Assembly: GCF_055900595.2 (NCBI RefSeq)
Contig: NZ_CM148325.1
DNA length: 64,000 bases
Reading direction: 5' to 3' (one strand)
This document shows positions 1 through 11,150 of this stretch, in pieces (the stretch's first letter is position 1; every line of letters begins with the position of its first letter). The notes beneath the pieces were generated by a model. That model saw only the letters and a program-made list of their open reading frames with translations. It had not been told where the DNA came from and searched no databases. Made by a program: the position numbers and the translations under genes.

Positions 1-279
1 GATATTGATTGAAGACACGCTCGCCGCGCAGTAACCCACCGCGCTGCCAGGAGAGATCCATCAGGCGTAAAACATCCCAATAACTGAAAGAGGTTACCCA
101 ATCTTCCAGCGCAGATAATCGATCGCATGCATAGGCCGCGCCCACCAGCGAACCAATTGAGCATCCTGCAACGATATCAATTTCAATACCCACTTTTTTT
201 AGCGCATTAATAACGCCAATATGCGACCAACCTCTCGCCGCGCCAGATCCCAGCGCCAGCCCTATTTTTATCTTTCTCA
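1..279 (-). CDS. rssA: Patatin-like phospholipase RssA, N-terminal part; gene runs off the window start
   Basis: Reverse-strand translation from the ATG at 279 gives MRKIKIGLALGSGAARGWSHIGVINALKK..., with the GxGxxG patatin motif; open to position 1. Confidence 0.8.
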
Positions 280-392
280 TTATTCCCGCAAGATTCCCCT
301 GGAATGCAATCGTAGCAACATCGCTACTGCTCGGTTAACATAGTGCTACTCAGGCGGTTAATACGCCGTTATTGTTTCCAGGGAGATTATTT

Positions 393-851
393 GTGTCTCA
401 GCTTTGTCCCTGTGGTAGTGCTGTCGAGTATAGCCTATGTTGCCACCCTTATGTGTCTGGTGAAAAGGTTGCACCTGATCCAGAACATCTCATGCGTTCG
501 CGTTACTGCGCTTTTGTGATGCAAGACGCAGATTATTTAATAAAGACTTGGCATCCGTCTTGTGGTGCGGCGGCGTTACGTGCCGAATTGATTGCCGGGT
601 TTGCGCATACTGAATGGTTGGGATTGACCGTATTTGAACATTGTTGGCAGGACGGCGACAATATCGGATTTGTCAGTTTTGTTGCTCGATTTACCGAAGG
701 TGGCAAAACAGGTGCAATAATTGAACGTTCGCGATTTTTGAAAGAAAACGGTCAATGGTACTATATTGACGGTACACGTCCGCAGTTTGGCCGCAACGAT
801 CCCTGCCCTTGTGGTTCAGGTAAAAAATTTAAAAAGTGCTGCGGCCAATAA
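393..851 (+). CDS. ychJ: UPF0225 protein YchJ (SEC-C motif protein)
   Basis: ORF 372..851; likely GTG start at 393 (VSQLCPCGS...). Cys-rich N- and C-terminal motifs ([15 protein letters not shown]). Confidence 0.8.
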   Translation: MSQLCPCGSAVEYSLCCHPYVSGEKVAPDPEHLMRSRYCAFVMQDADYLIKTWHPSCGAAALRAELIAGFAHTEWLGLTVFEHCWQDGDNIGFVSFVARFTEGGKTGAIIERSRFLKENGQWYYIDGTRPQFGRNDPCPCGSGKKFKKCCGQ

Positions 852-900
852 TGGTTGACGGTACGGTTTAGCAAACACTCTCAACAAGGTTTTTCCAGCA

Positions 901-1743
901 ATGCATTCACTCCAACGTAAAGTTCTGCGTACTATTTGTCCGGACCAAAAAGGTCTGATCGCCCGTATTACCAATATTTGCTACAAGCACGAGTTAAATA
1001 TCGTGCAGAACAATGAATTTGTTGATCACCGTACCGGGCGCTTTTTTATGCGCACGGAACTGGAAGGCATTTTTAATGATTCCACCCTGCTGGCGGATCT
1101 CGACAGCGCATTGCCAGAAGGCTCCGTACGTGAGCTGAATCCTGCCGGTCGTCGCCGGATAGTGATTCTGGTCACTAAAGAGGCGCATTGCCTTGGCGAT
1201 TTGTTGATGAAAGCCAATTACGGCGGCCTGGATGTCGAAATCGCGGCAGTTATTGGTAACCACGATACTTTACGTTCTCTGGTTGAGCGTTTTGATATTC
1301 CGTTTGAGCTGGTAAGTCATGAAGGATTAAGTCGCAACGAGCACGATCAAAAAATGGCGGATGCCATTGACGCTTATCAGACTGACTACGTGGTGCTGGC
1401 GAAGTATATGCGCGTATTAACGCCAGAGTTCGTAGCACGCTTCCCGAATAAAATTATCAATATTCACCATTCATTCCTGCCAGCGTTTATCGGTGCACGT
1501 CCCTATCACCAGGCCTATGAGCGTGGCGTGAAGATTATTGGTGCAACCGCTCACTATGTGAATGACAATCTGGATGAAGGCCCAATCATCATGCAGGACG
1601 TTATTCATGTCGATCATACATACACGGCTGAAGATATGATGCGTGCAGGTCGTGATGTCGAGAAAAACGTCTTAAGCCGCGCGCTTTACAAAGTGCTGGC
1701 GCAGCGTGTATTTGTTTACGGTAACCGGACGATTATTCTTTAA
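901..1743 (+). CDS. purU: Formyltetrahydrofolate deformylase
   Basis: 280 aa ORF with an ACT-like N-terminus and a formyltransferase core (HHSFLPAF..GA..Y). Confidence 0.9.
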   Translation: MHSLQRKVLRTICPDQKGLIARITNICYKHELNIVQNNEFVDHRTGRFFMRTELEGIFNDSTLLADLDSALPEGSVRELNPAGRRRIVILVTKEAHCLGDLLMKANYGGLDVEIAAVIGNHDTLRSLVERFDIPFELVSHEGLSRNEHDQKMADAIDAYQTDYVVLAKYMRVLTPEFVARFPNKIINIHHSFLPAFIGARPYHQAYERGVKIIGATAHYVNDNLDEGPIIMQDVIHVDHTYTAEDMMRAGRDVEKNVLSRALYKVLAQRVFVYGNRTIIL

Positions 1744-1903
1744 TCGCCAGCAAAATAGAACTGGTTGCCTTTAATCCGTTACGGATGAAAATTACGCAAC
1801 CAGTTCATTTTTCTCAACGTAACCCTTTACAGCGGCGTGTCATTTGATATGATGCGCCCCGCTTCCCCACAAGGGAGCAGGCCAGTAAAAAGCATTACCC
1901 CGT

Positions 1904-1988
<85 letters not shown>

Positions 1989-2022
1989 TCTCAAGCATTA
2001 CATCAAAATTTGAATTATCCCT

Positions 2023-2107
<85 letters not shown>

Positions 2108-2464
2108 TCACTTTCAAAAGTTCCTGAAATCCCCAACAAATCCACAATTAAATATTCTGCCCATGCGGGGAAGGATGAGAAGCTTCGACTAAGGTTCGAC
2201 TCGAGCGCCAGCGAGAGAGCGTTGCCGCAGGCAACGACCCGTAGGGCGAAGCGCGCAGCGCTGAGTAATCCTTCCCCCACCACCATCACTTTCAAAAACC
2301 CCTGTATTCTCCAACGAATCCGTAACTGAATATTCTGCCCATGCGGGGAAGGATGAGAAGCTTCGACTAAGGTTCGACTCGAGCGCCAGCGAGAGAGCAT
2401 TGCCGCAGGCAACGACCCGTAGGGCGAAGCGCGCAGCGCTGAGTAATCCTTCCCCACCACCATC
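2108..2464 (+). repeat. Two tandem ~178 bp repeats distal to the tRNA-Tyr genes, each ending in a tRNA 3'-end-like CCTTCCCC(C)ACCACCATCA segment (rtT/tpr region)
   Basis: Near-identical units at about 2108..2285 and 2286..2464, each repeating the last ~19 nt of the tRNA. The short tpr-like reading frame (ATGAGAAGCTTCGAC TAA) is stopped after 5 codons in both units. Confidence 0.8.
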
Positions 2465-2586
2465 ACACCCTTAAATACTCAAAACCTGTTACTTCAAGCT
2501 AATTTGCCCCGTGGCACCGCGTTTACCGGACCTACAATATCCTCCCCTGTAGGTCAGATAAGCGAATCACTCCGCACCGTGCCCAT

Positions 2587-2609
2587 AAAAAAACCCCGCC
2601 GAAGCAGGG
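2587..2609 (-). terminator. Intrinsic terminator downstream of narI
   Basis: On the reverse strand: CCCUGC-UUCG-GCGGGG hairpin followed by UUUUUUU, 22 nt after the narI stop. Confidence 0.55.
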
Positions 2610-2630
2610 TCTATGTGAACTAAAATTCGC

Positions 2631-3308
2631 TTAGTGACGAGCGCGCACCAGCTGGTACTTACGTGTCAGATACTCCACCGGTACGCTCCAGATGTGCACC
2701 AGACGCGAGAACGGGAACAGCAGGAATAACGTCATCCCCAGCACCAGGTGCAGACGGAAGATAAACGCCACACCATCAAGATGTTGAGAAGCGCCACCAT
2801 GGAAGGTCACCACCGACTGCGCCCAGCCAACCAGTTTCATCATCTCGCTACCGTCCATATGCTGGGCGGAGAACGGAATGGTCAGTAGGCCCAGTGCGCA
2901 CTGGATAACGAGTAGCGACAGGATCAGGATGTCCGCCCCAGTAGTCGTTGCTCGTACGCGTGGGCTGGTCAAACGACGCTTCAGCAACAGCACGCCGCCA
3001 ATCAGACACAGCACGCCGCTGGCACCACCAGCAATCATCGCCATTTTCTGTTTCACTTCAATTGGCAACCACGCTTCATACATCCAGTGCGGCGTCAGCA
3101 TACCGAAGAAGTGGCCGACAAAAATCCCCAAAATTCCGATATGGAACAGGTTCGACGCCAGGTTCATCCCTTTGCGATCCAGCATCTGGCTGGATGCCGC
3201 GCGCCAGGTGTACTGCCCGTAGTCATAGCGCAGCCAGCTACCAATCAGGAAGACGGCCCCGGCTATGTACGGGTAGATATCAAAGAAGAACATATTCAGG
3301 AATTGCAT
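2631..3308 (-). CDS. narI: Respiratory nitrate reductase gamma subunit (cytochrome b)
   Basis: 225 aa, multiple hydrophobic helices; last gene of the narGHJI order. Confidence 0.95.
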   Translation of the reverse strand: MQFLNMFFFDIYPYIAGAVFLIGSWLRYDYGQYTWRAASSQMLDRKGMNLASNLFHIGILGIFVGHFFGMLTPHWMYEAWLPIEVKQKMAMIAGGASGVLCLIGGVLLLKRRLTSPRVRATTTGADILILSLLVIQCALGLLTIPFSAQHMDGSEMMKLVGWAQSVVTFHGGASQHLDGVAFIFRLHLVLGMTLFLLFPFSRLVHIWSVPVEYLTRKYQLVRARH

Positions 3309-4018
3309 TAGTGCTGTCCTCCGGTGGTGATATTCAGATATTGCGGCGCGACGGCACCGGCAAAGCGACGCTGATGAGCAGTGATTGCTGAATCACCGCA
3401 GCCTTTGTCAGCAAAGAATTTAACCTGCTCTTCTTCCCAGACGGCATCCAGCGCCTGTGGCGTATCGTCGCGCGCTTCATCAGCAATTTTTTCCGCCACT
3501 TTGTCGCTGTCGATAGCGGTATTCGCCAGTTTCAGCAGCAGATCAAACAGCACGGCATAACGGCTTTCACGTTGTTGCAGACGCGCGCTCAGCAACGCCA
3601 GGATCGGCGCGATATCTTTCAAACCTTCCACGGCTTCGCTTTGCGGCAGCTGCGCCAGATACTCCAGATACAGCGGCAGATGATCCGGTAATTCACGACT
3701 GTTCAATTGCAAACCGTGCTGCTCATACTGTGCCAACAAGTCAACCATTGCCTGGCCGCGATCGCGGGATTCACCGTGAACATGCTCAAACAGCAGCAAC
3801 GACGTGGCGCGACCACGGTCGAACAGTTCGCTGTACTGGGCCTGAGCATCCAGCGGATCCAGCGCTGTTAAATCGCGCAGGAAAATGCCCAGCGCATGGG
3901 CATCCTCTTTCGACAGATTTTCCGACGCAGCAATCGCCTCAAACATCTCTTGTTGATGCTGCCATAAGGCAGCATCCGGATATTCCAGGAGACGCGATAC
4001 AATCACGAGTTCGATCAT
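3308..4018 (-). CDS. narJ: Nitrate reductase assembly chaperone
   Basis: 236 aa, overlapping narH and narI ends (translational coupling). Confidence 0.95.
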   Translation of the reverse strand: MIELVIVSRLLEYPDAALWQHQQEMFEAIAASENLSKEDAHALGIFLRDLTALDPLDAQAQYSELFDRGRATSLLLFEHVHGESRDRGQAMVDLLAQYEQHGLQLNSRELPDHLPLYLEYLAQLPQSEAVEGLKDIAPILALLSARLQQRESRYAVLFDLLLKLANTAIDSDKVAEKIADEARDDTPQALDAVWEEEQVKFFADKGCGDSAITAHQRRFAGAVAPQYLNITTGGQH

Positions 4019-5553
4019 GGGTGCGGCTCCGTTTTACTGGTCACGTCGATGGCATCGATACGGCGGCTGTTGAACAGATTAAATTTGGTATCTGAACCGT
4101 GGCAGCCGTCACCAAAGGTAAAGCCGCAGCCATTTTTCTCCGGGAAGGCTTCCCGCGCCAGTTCACGATGACTGCTCGGCACTACAAAGCGATCTTCATA
4201 GTTGGCAATCGCCAGATAACGGTACATCTCCTGTGCCTGAGCTTCGGTCAGACCGACCTCTTCCAGCGCACGGGTATCAACTTTACCGTCAACGGTTTCA
4301 GCACGTTTGTAATGACGCATCGCCAGCATACGTTTCAGCGCGCGCAGTACCGGTTTGGTATCACCGGCGGTCAGCAGATTCGCCAGATACTGTACCGGGA
4401 TACGCAGGCTTTCGACGTCTGGCAAAATACCGTTGCTGCCCAGCTCGCCCGCATCTGCCGCAGACTGAATCGGCGACAGAGGTGGCACATACCAGACCAT
4501 CGGCAACGTGCGATATTCCGGATGCAGCGGCAGCGCCAGTTTCCATTCCATCGCCATTTTATAAACCGGCGACTGCTGTGCGGCTTCAATAACGCTCAGC
4601 GGAATACCGTCTTTAATCGCCTGCTCGATGACTTTCGGATCATTCGGATCGAGGAACACGTCCAGCTGACGCTGGTAGAGATCTTTCTCGTTCTCGGTGC
4701 TGGCTGCACGTTCAATCGCGTCGGCATCGTACAGCAGCACGCCAAGATAACGGATACGACCGACACAGGTTTCTGAACATACTGTCGGCTGACCGGCTTC
4801 GATACGCGGATAGCAGAAGATGCACTTCTCAGACTTACCGCTCTTCCAGTTGAAGTAGATTTTTTTGTACGGGCATCCGGTGATGCACATACGCCAGCCA
4901 CGGCATTTGTCCTGGTCGATCAGGACGATGCCATCTTCTTCACGCTTGTAAATCGCACCGCTCGGGCAGGTCGCCACACATGCCGGGTTCAGGCAGTGTT
5001 CGCACAGGCGTGGCAAATACATCATGAAGGTGTTTTCGAACTGGCTATACATCGCCTTCTGGATGTTGTCGAAGTTCTTGTCTTTCGCCAGTTTGTCAAA
5101 CTCGCCGCCCAGGTCATCTTCCCAGTTTGGCCCTTTTTCGATTTTCGCCATCCGTTCGCCGGTAATTAGCGAACGTGGACGGGCAATCGGCTGCGATTTG
5201 CTGCCTTCCGGCGCGGTATGCAGGTTCTGATAGTCAAAATCGAACGGCTCGTAATAATCGTCGATCCCCGGCAGATGCGGGTTAGCGAAGATTTTACCCA
5301 GCAGCATGGCGCGGTTACCCATGCGCGGTTGCAGTTTGCCGTTGATTTTACGGATCCAGCCGCCTTTGTATTTCTCCTGGTTTTCCCAGTCTGTCGGGAA
5401 GCCCTGGCCCGGCTTGGTTTCCACGTTGTTGAACCACGCGTATTCCACGCCTTCACGGCTGGTCCAGACGTTTTTACAGGTCACTGAACAGGTGTGGCAA
5501 CCGATGCACTTATCCAGATTCAGCACCATGCCGACTTGTGAACGAATTTTCAT
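4015..5553 (-). CDS. narH: Respiratory nitrate reductase beta subunit (Fe-S)
   Basis: 512 aa with several CxxCxxCxxxCP ferredoxin-type cysteine clusters. Confidence 0.95.
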   Translation of the reverse strand: MKIRSQVGMVLNLDKCIGCHTCSVTCKNVWTSREGVEYAWFNNVETKPGQGFPTDWENQEKYKGGWIRKINGKLQPRMGNRAMLLGKIFANPHLPGIDDYYEPFDFDYQNLHTAPEGSKSQPIARPRSLITGERMAKIEKGPNWEDDLGGEFDKLAKDKNFDNIQKAMYSQFENTFMMYLPRLCEHCLNPACVATCPSGAIYKREEDGIVLIDQDKCRGWRMCITGCPYKKIYFNWKSGKSEKCIFCYPRIEAGQPTVCSETCVGRIRYLGVLLYDADAIERAASTENEKDLYQRQLDVFLDPNDPKVIEQAIKDGIPLSVIEAAQQSPVYKMAMEWKLALPLHPEYRTLPMVWYVPPLSPIQSAADAGELGSNGILPDVESLRIPVQYLANLLTAGDTKPVLRALKRMLAMRHYKRAETVDGKVDTRALEEVGLTEAQAQEMYRYLAIANYEDRFVVPSSHRELAREAFPEKNGCGFTFGDGCHGSDTKFNLFNSRRIDAIDVTSKTEPHP

Positions 5554-8500
5554 TTTACGCTCTCCTGTACCTGGTCATTGCCTTCGCCATCTAACCAGTC
5601 AATGTTCTTCATCTTACGCACTACAACAAATTCATCGCGGTTAGAACCTACAGTGCCGTAGTAGTTAAAGCCGTATGCCAGATGGGCATAGCCGCCGATC
5701 ATATGCGTCGGTTTCGGCGTGATACGGGTGACCGAGTTATGAATACCGCCGCGCTGACTGGTGATTTCTGAACCAGGCAGGTTAACGATACGTTCCTGCG
5801 CGTGGTACATCATGGTCATCCCTGCCGGAACACGCTGGCTGACAACCGCACGGGCAGTCAGTGCACCGTTGCTGTTGAAGACTTCAATCCAGTCGTTATC
5901 GGCGATACCCAGCTCTTTGGCATCGGCTTCACTCAACCAGACTACCGGACCACCGCGACCTAAAGTCAGCATCAGCAGGTTGTCGCTATAGGTGGAGTGG
6001 ATACCCCATTTCTGGTGCGGTGTCAGGAAGTTGAGCGCTTTTTCCGGATTACCGTTAGATTTCTGACCCATCACTTCTTTCACCGAACGGGTGTCGATCG
6101 GCGGACGATAAACCAGCAGGCTTTCACCGAAATCACGCATCCACTGATGATCCTGATACAGCTGCTGACGGCCAGAGAGCGTACGCCACGGGATCAGCTC
6201 GTGAACGTTGGTGTAACCGGCGTTGTAAGAAACATGTTCATCTTCAAGGCCAGACCAGGTCGGGCTGGAGATGATTTTGCGCGGCTGCGCCTGAATGTCA
6301 CGAAAGCGGATCTTCTCGTCTTCTTTATTCAGCGCCAGATGCGTATGGTCACGACCGGTAAACTCGCTCAATGCCGCCCAGGCTTTCACGGCCACCTGGC
6401 CGTTGGTTTCTGGTGCCAGCGTCAGGATCATCTCTGCTGCATCAATTGCGGTGTTGAGCATCGGCTGGCCTTTCGCCGGACCTTCCGCTTTGGTGTAGTT
6501 GAGCTTACGCAGCAGATCCATCTCGCTCTGGGTGTTCCAGGCAATCCCTTTACCGCCGTTACCGATTTTCTCCATCAGCGGGCCGATAGAGGTAAAGCGT
6601 TCGTAAGTTGCCGGATAATCGCGCTCTACGACCATAATGTGCGGTGCAGTTTTACCTGGGATCAGGTCGCATTCGCCTTTTTTCCAGTCTTTCACATCCA
6701 GCGGCTGCGCCAGTTCAGCGACAGAGTCGTGCTGGATCGGCAGCGTAACGATGTCGGTTTCTTTGCCCAGATGACCAACGCACACTTCGGAGAATTTCTT
6801 CGCGATGGCTTTGTAGATTTCCCAGTCGCTTTTCGCTTCCCAGGCCGGATCGACCGCAGCAGACAGCGGGTGAATAAACGGATGCATATCCGAAGTATTC
6901 ATGTCGTCTTTTTCGTACCAGGTCGCCGTCGGCAAAATGATGTCGGAATAGAGACAGGTGCTCGACAGACGGAAGTCCAGCGTCACCACCAGATCCAGCT
7001 TGCCTTCCAGACCGTTGTCCTGCCAGTCCACTTCTTCCGGCTTCACGCCGCCCTGCTGACCCAGGTCTTTACCCTGGATACCGTGCTCCGTCCCCAGCAG
7101 GTACTTGAGCATAAACTCATGACCTTTACCGGAAGAACCGAGCAGGTTAGAACGCCAGATGAACAGGTTACGCGGGTGGTTTTTACCGTTTTCTGGTTGT
7201 TCTGCCGCAAAACGGATAGAACCCTCTTTCAGGGATTTCACCGTATAGTCCACCGGATTCATCCCGGCTTTTTCTGCTTCGCGAGCGATAGTCAGCGGGT
7301 TAGTGCCTAACTGCGGCGCAGACGGCAGCCAGCCCATGCGTTCCGCACGGACGTTAAAGTCGATCAGATGTCCGGTATAGCGGGATTTATCCGCCATCGG
7401 CGACAGCAACTCTTCCGCAGTCACGGTTTCATAACGCCACTGGCTGGAGTGGTTATAGAAATAAGAGGTGCTGTTCATGTGACGAGCCGGACGCTGCCAG
7501 TCAAGGGCAAACGCCAGCGGCTGCCAGCCGGTTTGCGGACGCAGTTTTTCCTGACCTACATAGTGCGCCCAGCCACCACCGCTCTGACCGACGCAGCCGC
7601 AGAAAATCAGCATGTTGATCAGACCGCGATAGTTCATATCAAGGTGATACCAGTGGTTCAGACCTGCACCAACGATGATCATTGAACGACCGTGGGTCTT
7701 ATCAGCGTTGTCAGCAAATTCACGGGCAATGCGGATAATCTGGCTGCGAGAAACGCCAGTGATCTGCTCGGCCCATGCAGGGGTGTAGGCTTTCACGTCG
7801 TCATAGCTGGTTGCGCAGTTAACGTCGTTCAGACCACGTTCCAGACCGTAGTTTGCCAACGTCAGATCATAAACGGTCGTCACCAGTGCAGTGCTGCCAT
7901 CAGCCAGTTGCAGGCGTTTCACCGGCAGCTTGTGCAGCAGCACGTTTTCCAGTTCCACTTTGTTGAAGTGTTCCGTGCCGTCGCCACCAAAGTATGGGAA
8001 GCCCACTTCAGCGATCTCATCCTGGCTACCCAGCAGGCTCAGTTGCAGCTCGGTTTCTTCGCCAGTTTTGCCGTCGCGCTGCTCAAGATTCCATTTGCCC
8101 TTCTCGCCCCAGCGGAAGCCAATAGAACCGTTCGGCGCAACCATTTCTCCATTGGTATTAAAGGCGACAGTTTTCCATTCCGGATTGTTTTCCTGGCCCA
8201 GCGCATCAACCAGATCAGCAGCGCGCAGCATACGACCTGCGGCGTAGTAACCGTCGCGTTCTTCCAGCATCACCAGCATCGGCATGTCGGTGTAGCGACG
8301 CACATAGTCGGTGAAATACTGGCTTGGGTTGTCGAGGTGGAATTCACGCAGCATCACGTGGCCCATCGCCAGCGCCATTGCTGCGTCGGTGCCCTGCTTC
8401 GGTGCCAGCCACAGATCGCACAGTTTGGCGATTTCAGCGTAGTCCGGCGTGACGGCAACGGTTTTGGTGCCTTTGTAGCGCACTTCAGTAAAGAAGTGAG

Positions 8501-9293
8501 CATCCGGGGTACGCGTCTGCGGCACGTTTGACCCCCAGGCGATGATGTAGCTGGAGTTGTACCAGTCAGCAGATTCCGGTACGTCAGTTTGCTCGCCCCA
8601 GGTTTGTGGAGACGCAGGAGGCAGATCGCAGTACCAGTCGTAGAAGCTTAAGCAAGTACCGCCAAGCAGCGAGAGATAACGCGCACCCGACGCGTAAGAA
8701 ACCATCGACATTGCCGGAATTGGCGAGAAGCCAGCGACACGGTCCGGGCCGTAGTTTTTGATGGTGTAAACGTTAGATGCGGCGATCAGTTCGTTCACTT
8801 CCTGCCAGGAAGAACGAACAAAACCACCGCGTCCACGCGCCTGCTTAAAGCTTTTCGCTTTATCGGCGTCTTCAATGATAGAAGCCCATGCCTCAACCGG
8901 ATCGCTATGCAGCGCCTTCGCTTCACGCCACATTTTCATCAGGCGTTTGCGCATCATCGGGTATTTCAGACGGTTGGCGCTGTAAAGATACCAGGAGTAG
9001 CTGGCACCGCGCGGGCAGCCGCGAGGTTCATGGTTTGGCAGGTCCGGGCGAGTACGCGGATAGTCAGTCTGCTGGGTTTCCCAGGTGACCAGACCGTTTT
9101 TAACGTAGATTTTCCAGCTGCAGGAGCCGGTGCAGTTTACCCCATGGGTAGAGCGGACGATTTTGTCATGCTGCCAACGCTGGCGATATCCATCCTCCCA
9201 GTCACGGTTGGTATTGAGAAGCTGGCCATGCCCATCGGCAAAGGTTTCGCCCTTCTGTTTGAAGTAGCGAAACCGGTCCAGGAATTTACTCAT
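5550..9293 (-). CDS. narG: Respiratory nitrate reductase alpha subunit (molybdopterin)
   Basis: 1247 aa; N-terminal HGVNCTGSCSWKIY Fe-S motif; molybdopterin oxidoreductase family. Confidence 0.95.
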   Translation of the reverse strand: MSKFLDRFRYFKQKGETFADGHGQLLNTNRDWEDGYRQRWQHDKIVRSTHGVNCTGSCSWKIYVKNGLVTWETQQTDYPRTRPDLPNHEPRGCPRGASYSWYLYSANRLKYPMMRKRLMKMWREAKALHSDPVEAWASIIEDADKAKSFKQARGRGGFVRSSWQEVNELIAASNVYTIKNYGPDRVAGFSPIPAMSMVSYASGARYLSLLGGTCLSFYDWYCDLPPASPQTWGEQTDVPESADWYNSSYIIAWGSNVPQTRTPDAHFFTEVRYKGTKTVAVTPDYAEIAKLCDLWLAPKQGTDAAMALAMGHVMLREFHLDNPSQYFTDYVRRYTDMPMLVMLEERDGYYAAGRMLRAADLVDALGQENNPEWKTVAFNTNGEMVAPNGSIGFRWGEKGKWNLEQRDGKTGEETELQLSLLGSQDEIAEVGFPYFGGDGTEHFNKVELENVLLHKLPVKRLQLADGSTALVTTVYDLTLANYGLERGLNDVNCATSYDDVKAYTPAWAEQITGVSRSQIIRIAREFADNADKTHGRSMIIVGAGLNHWYHLDMNYRGLINMLIFCGCVGQSGGGWAHYVGQEKLRPQTGWQPLAFALDWQRPARHMNSTSYFYNHSSQWRYETVTAEELLSPMADKSRYTGHLIDFNVRAERMGWLPSAPQLGTNPLTIAREAEKAGMNPVDYTVKSLKEGSIRFAAEQPENGKNHPRNLFIWRSNLLGSSGKGHEFMLKYLLGTEHGIQGKDLGQQGGVKPEEVDWQDNGLEGKLDLVVTLDFRLSSTCLYSDIILPTATWYEKDDMNTSDMHPFIHPLSAAVDPAWEAKSDWEIYKAIAKKFSEVCVGHLGKETDIVTLPIQHDSVAELAQPLDVKDWKKGECDLIPGKTAPHIMVVERDYPATYERFTSIGPLMEKIGNGGKGIAWNTQSEMDLLRKLNYTKAEGPAKGQPMLNTAIDAAEMILTLAPETNGQVAVKAWAALSEFTGRDHTHLALNKEDEKIRFRDIQAQPRKIISSPTWSGLEDEHVSYNAGYTNVHELIPWRTLSGRQQLYQDHQWMRDFGESLLVYRPPIDTRSVKEVMGQKSNGNPEKALNFLTPHQKWGIHSTYSDNLLMLTLGRGGPVVWLSEADAKELGIADNDWIEVFNSNGALTARAVVSQRVPAGMTMMYHAQERIVNLPGSEITSQRGGIHNSVTRITPKPTHMIGGYAHLAYGFNYYGTVGSNRDEFVVVRKMKNIDWLDGEGNDQVQESVK

Positions 9294-9384
9294 CGGTTTT
9301 CTCCTGTGGGAGCCTGTCGGCCCTCTGATAAATCGACATTGCTAATGTTTAAGGGCAAGGTAACGCTCTGAAACAGCGTGGGAA

Positions 9385-9398
9385 TTGATAACGATCAA
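9385..9398 (-). promoter_or_regulatory. FNR box in the narG promoter region
   Basis: TTGATAACGATCAA, a perfect TTGAT-N4-ATCAA match about 95 bp upstream of the narG start. Confidence 0.7.
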
Positions 9399-9685
9399 GT
9401 GTGATGGGGATGAAAAATAAAGTAAATTCCTAAGATACCCCTTTAGGATAATTAACAGTTACAGCATAAAAGACTGTAAATTAAGGCATTTTATACCTGT
9501 AGTTATTTAAACTATTAAGAATTTTATGCAGATGGGTATTAAGGAGTATTCCCCATGGGTAACATATTAATGGCTCTTAATGAAATCCGGCGAAATAAGC
9601 CATATAACATTAGTATGTTGTAACTAAATGATGCATAAAAAAAGCGCGACATCATGCCGCGCAAAGGATAATCAAATATTAAGAT

Positions 9686-11077
9686 TTATTTTTTAGAATG
9701 CCGACCATATACCGCCCAGGTAATCACTACGCAGGCGATATAGAAAATCAAAAATACTTTCATTGCGCCGACTGGCGAACCCGTTAATGCCAGCGAGCTA
9801 CCGAACGCTTTCGGGATAAAGAAGCCACCAATCGCGCCAATCGCAGAGATGAAACCCAGCGCAGCCGCCGTGTCGGTTGCCGCTTCACGCATCGCACGTT
9901 CGTCAGAACCCCCTTCTGCTTTCACGCGATCCATTGTCAGTTTACGGAAGATCACGGAAATCATCTGGAAAGTGGAACCACTACCCAGCCCAGCTGTCAG
10001 GAACAGCGCCAGGAAGACTGCGAAGAACGCCATGAAGCTTCCGCCCTGTCCGTCAGTCGGTAAGGTCAGGAACAGCAGGCCGCTGAAAATCGCCATCAGG
10101 ATAAAGTTCACCAGTGTGACACGAGTTCCGCCCAGACGGTCAGATAATGCACCACCTGCAGAACGCGCCAGCGCACCAATAAACGGCCCGAAGAAAGCGT
10201 ATTGCAGAATCTGAACATCCGGGAACTGCGTTTTTGACAGCATCGCAAAGCCCGCGGAGAAGCCGATGAAGGAGCCGAAGGTTGCCAGATACAGCAGGCT
10301 CATAATCCACAGATGACCCCGTTTGAGTACCAGCAACTGCTCCTTGATGGAGGCTTTCGAGGTAGCAAGATCGTTCATGCCAAACCACGCCGCAATGGTG
10401 AAGATGGCAAGGAACGGCACCCATACCCAGGACGCATTCGCCAGATACAGCTCAGTCCCATCCGGCTGTTTGACACCCTGGCTACCAAATACTGCGAAAA
10501 TCGACAGTGATACCACCAGCGGAGCAACCAACTGCATGACGCTGACGCCCATGTTGCCCAGACCACCATTCAGACCCAGCGCGCCACCCTGCTTCTGTTT
10601 CGGAAAGAAGAAGCTGATGTTTGCCATACTGGATGCGAAGTTCGCGCCAGCAAAGCCACACAGCAGAGAGATGATGATGAAGACGCTATAAGGCGTGGAG
10701 GTATCCTGCACGGCAAAACCCAGCCAGACGCAAGGAATAATCAGAATACCGGTGCTGAACGCCGTCCAGCGACGACCACCGAAGATAGGAACCATAAAGG
10801 AGTATGGAACACGTAACAACGCGCCAGAAACCGAAGGCAGCGCCGTCAACATAAATAGCTGATCGGTCGTAAAATTAAAACCGACTTTCGGTAAGTTCAC
10901 CGCAACAGCACTGAATAACATCCATACGCAAAACGCCAGCAGCAGACAGGGAACGGAAATCCACAGGTTGCGGCTGGCAATACGTTGACCGCGTTGTTGC
11001 CAGAACGCAGGATCTTCCGGTCGCCAATCTGTAATGACAGCTCCAGTAGCCCTTTCGGGGGCGGATGAGTGACTCAT
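9686..11077 (-). CDS. narK: Nitrate/nitrite transporter (MFS)
   Basis: ORF 9686..11083; start MSHSSAPERATG at 11077; about 12 TM segments. Confidence 0.9.
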   Translation of the reverse strand: MSHSSAPERATGAVITDWRPEDPAFWQQRGQRIASRNLWISVPCLLLAFCVWMLFSAVAVNLPKVGFNFTTDQLFMLTALPSVSGALLRVPYSFMVPIFGGRRWTAFSTGILIIPCVWLGFAVQDTSTPYSVFIIISLLCGFAGANFASSMANISFFFPKQKQGGALGLNGGLGNMGVSVMQLVAPLVVSLSIFAVFGSQGVKQPDGTELYLANASWVWVPFLAIFTIAAWFGMNDLATSKASIKEQLLVLKRGHLWIMSLLYLATFGSFIGFSAGFAMLSKTQFPDVQILQYAFFGPFIGALARSAGGALSDRLGGTRVTLVNFILMAIFSGLLFLTLPTDGQGGSFMAFFAVFLALFLTAGLGSGSTFQMISVIFRKLTMDRVKAEGGSDERAMREAATDTAAALGFISAIGAIGGFFIPKAFGSSLALTGSPVGAMKVFLIFYIACVVITWAVYGRHSKK

Positions 11078-11136
11078 AGACACCTCTGATACTCGTTTCG
11101 ATGTCTGCCACCTTAGTGTCTGTAGCTAAAGGCAAT

Positions 11137-11150
11137 TTGATGTAAATCAA
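11137..11150 (-). promoter_or_regulatory. FNR box in the narK promoter
   Basis: TTGATGTAAATCAA, perfect consensus about 60 bp upstream of narK; a second, weaker box TTGATATTTATCAT lies at 11175..11188. Confidence 0.7.

Noticed and set aside
2108-2464. Possible CRISPR array (tRNA-distal tandem repeats), and likewise the ldr repeats at 18405..19430
   Set aside because: The units are 178 bp and about 540 bp long and are not separated by unique spacers. There are no short, regularly spaced repeats and no cas genes. These are tRNA-distal and long direct repeats, not CRISPR.
5997-7310. 437-codon ORF on the plus strand inside narG
   Set aside because: It lies entirely antisense within the well-supported narG coding region, and its product is Arg/His/Phe-rich with no protein-like motifs. 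A shadow ORF of a high-GC gene.
7692-8531. 279-codon plus-strand ORF inside narG
   Set aside because: Same reasoning: antisense shadow ORF within narG.
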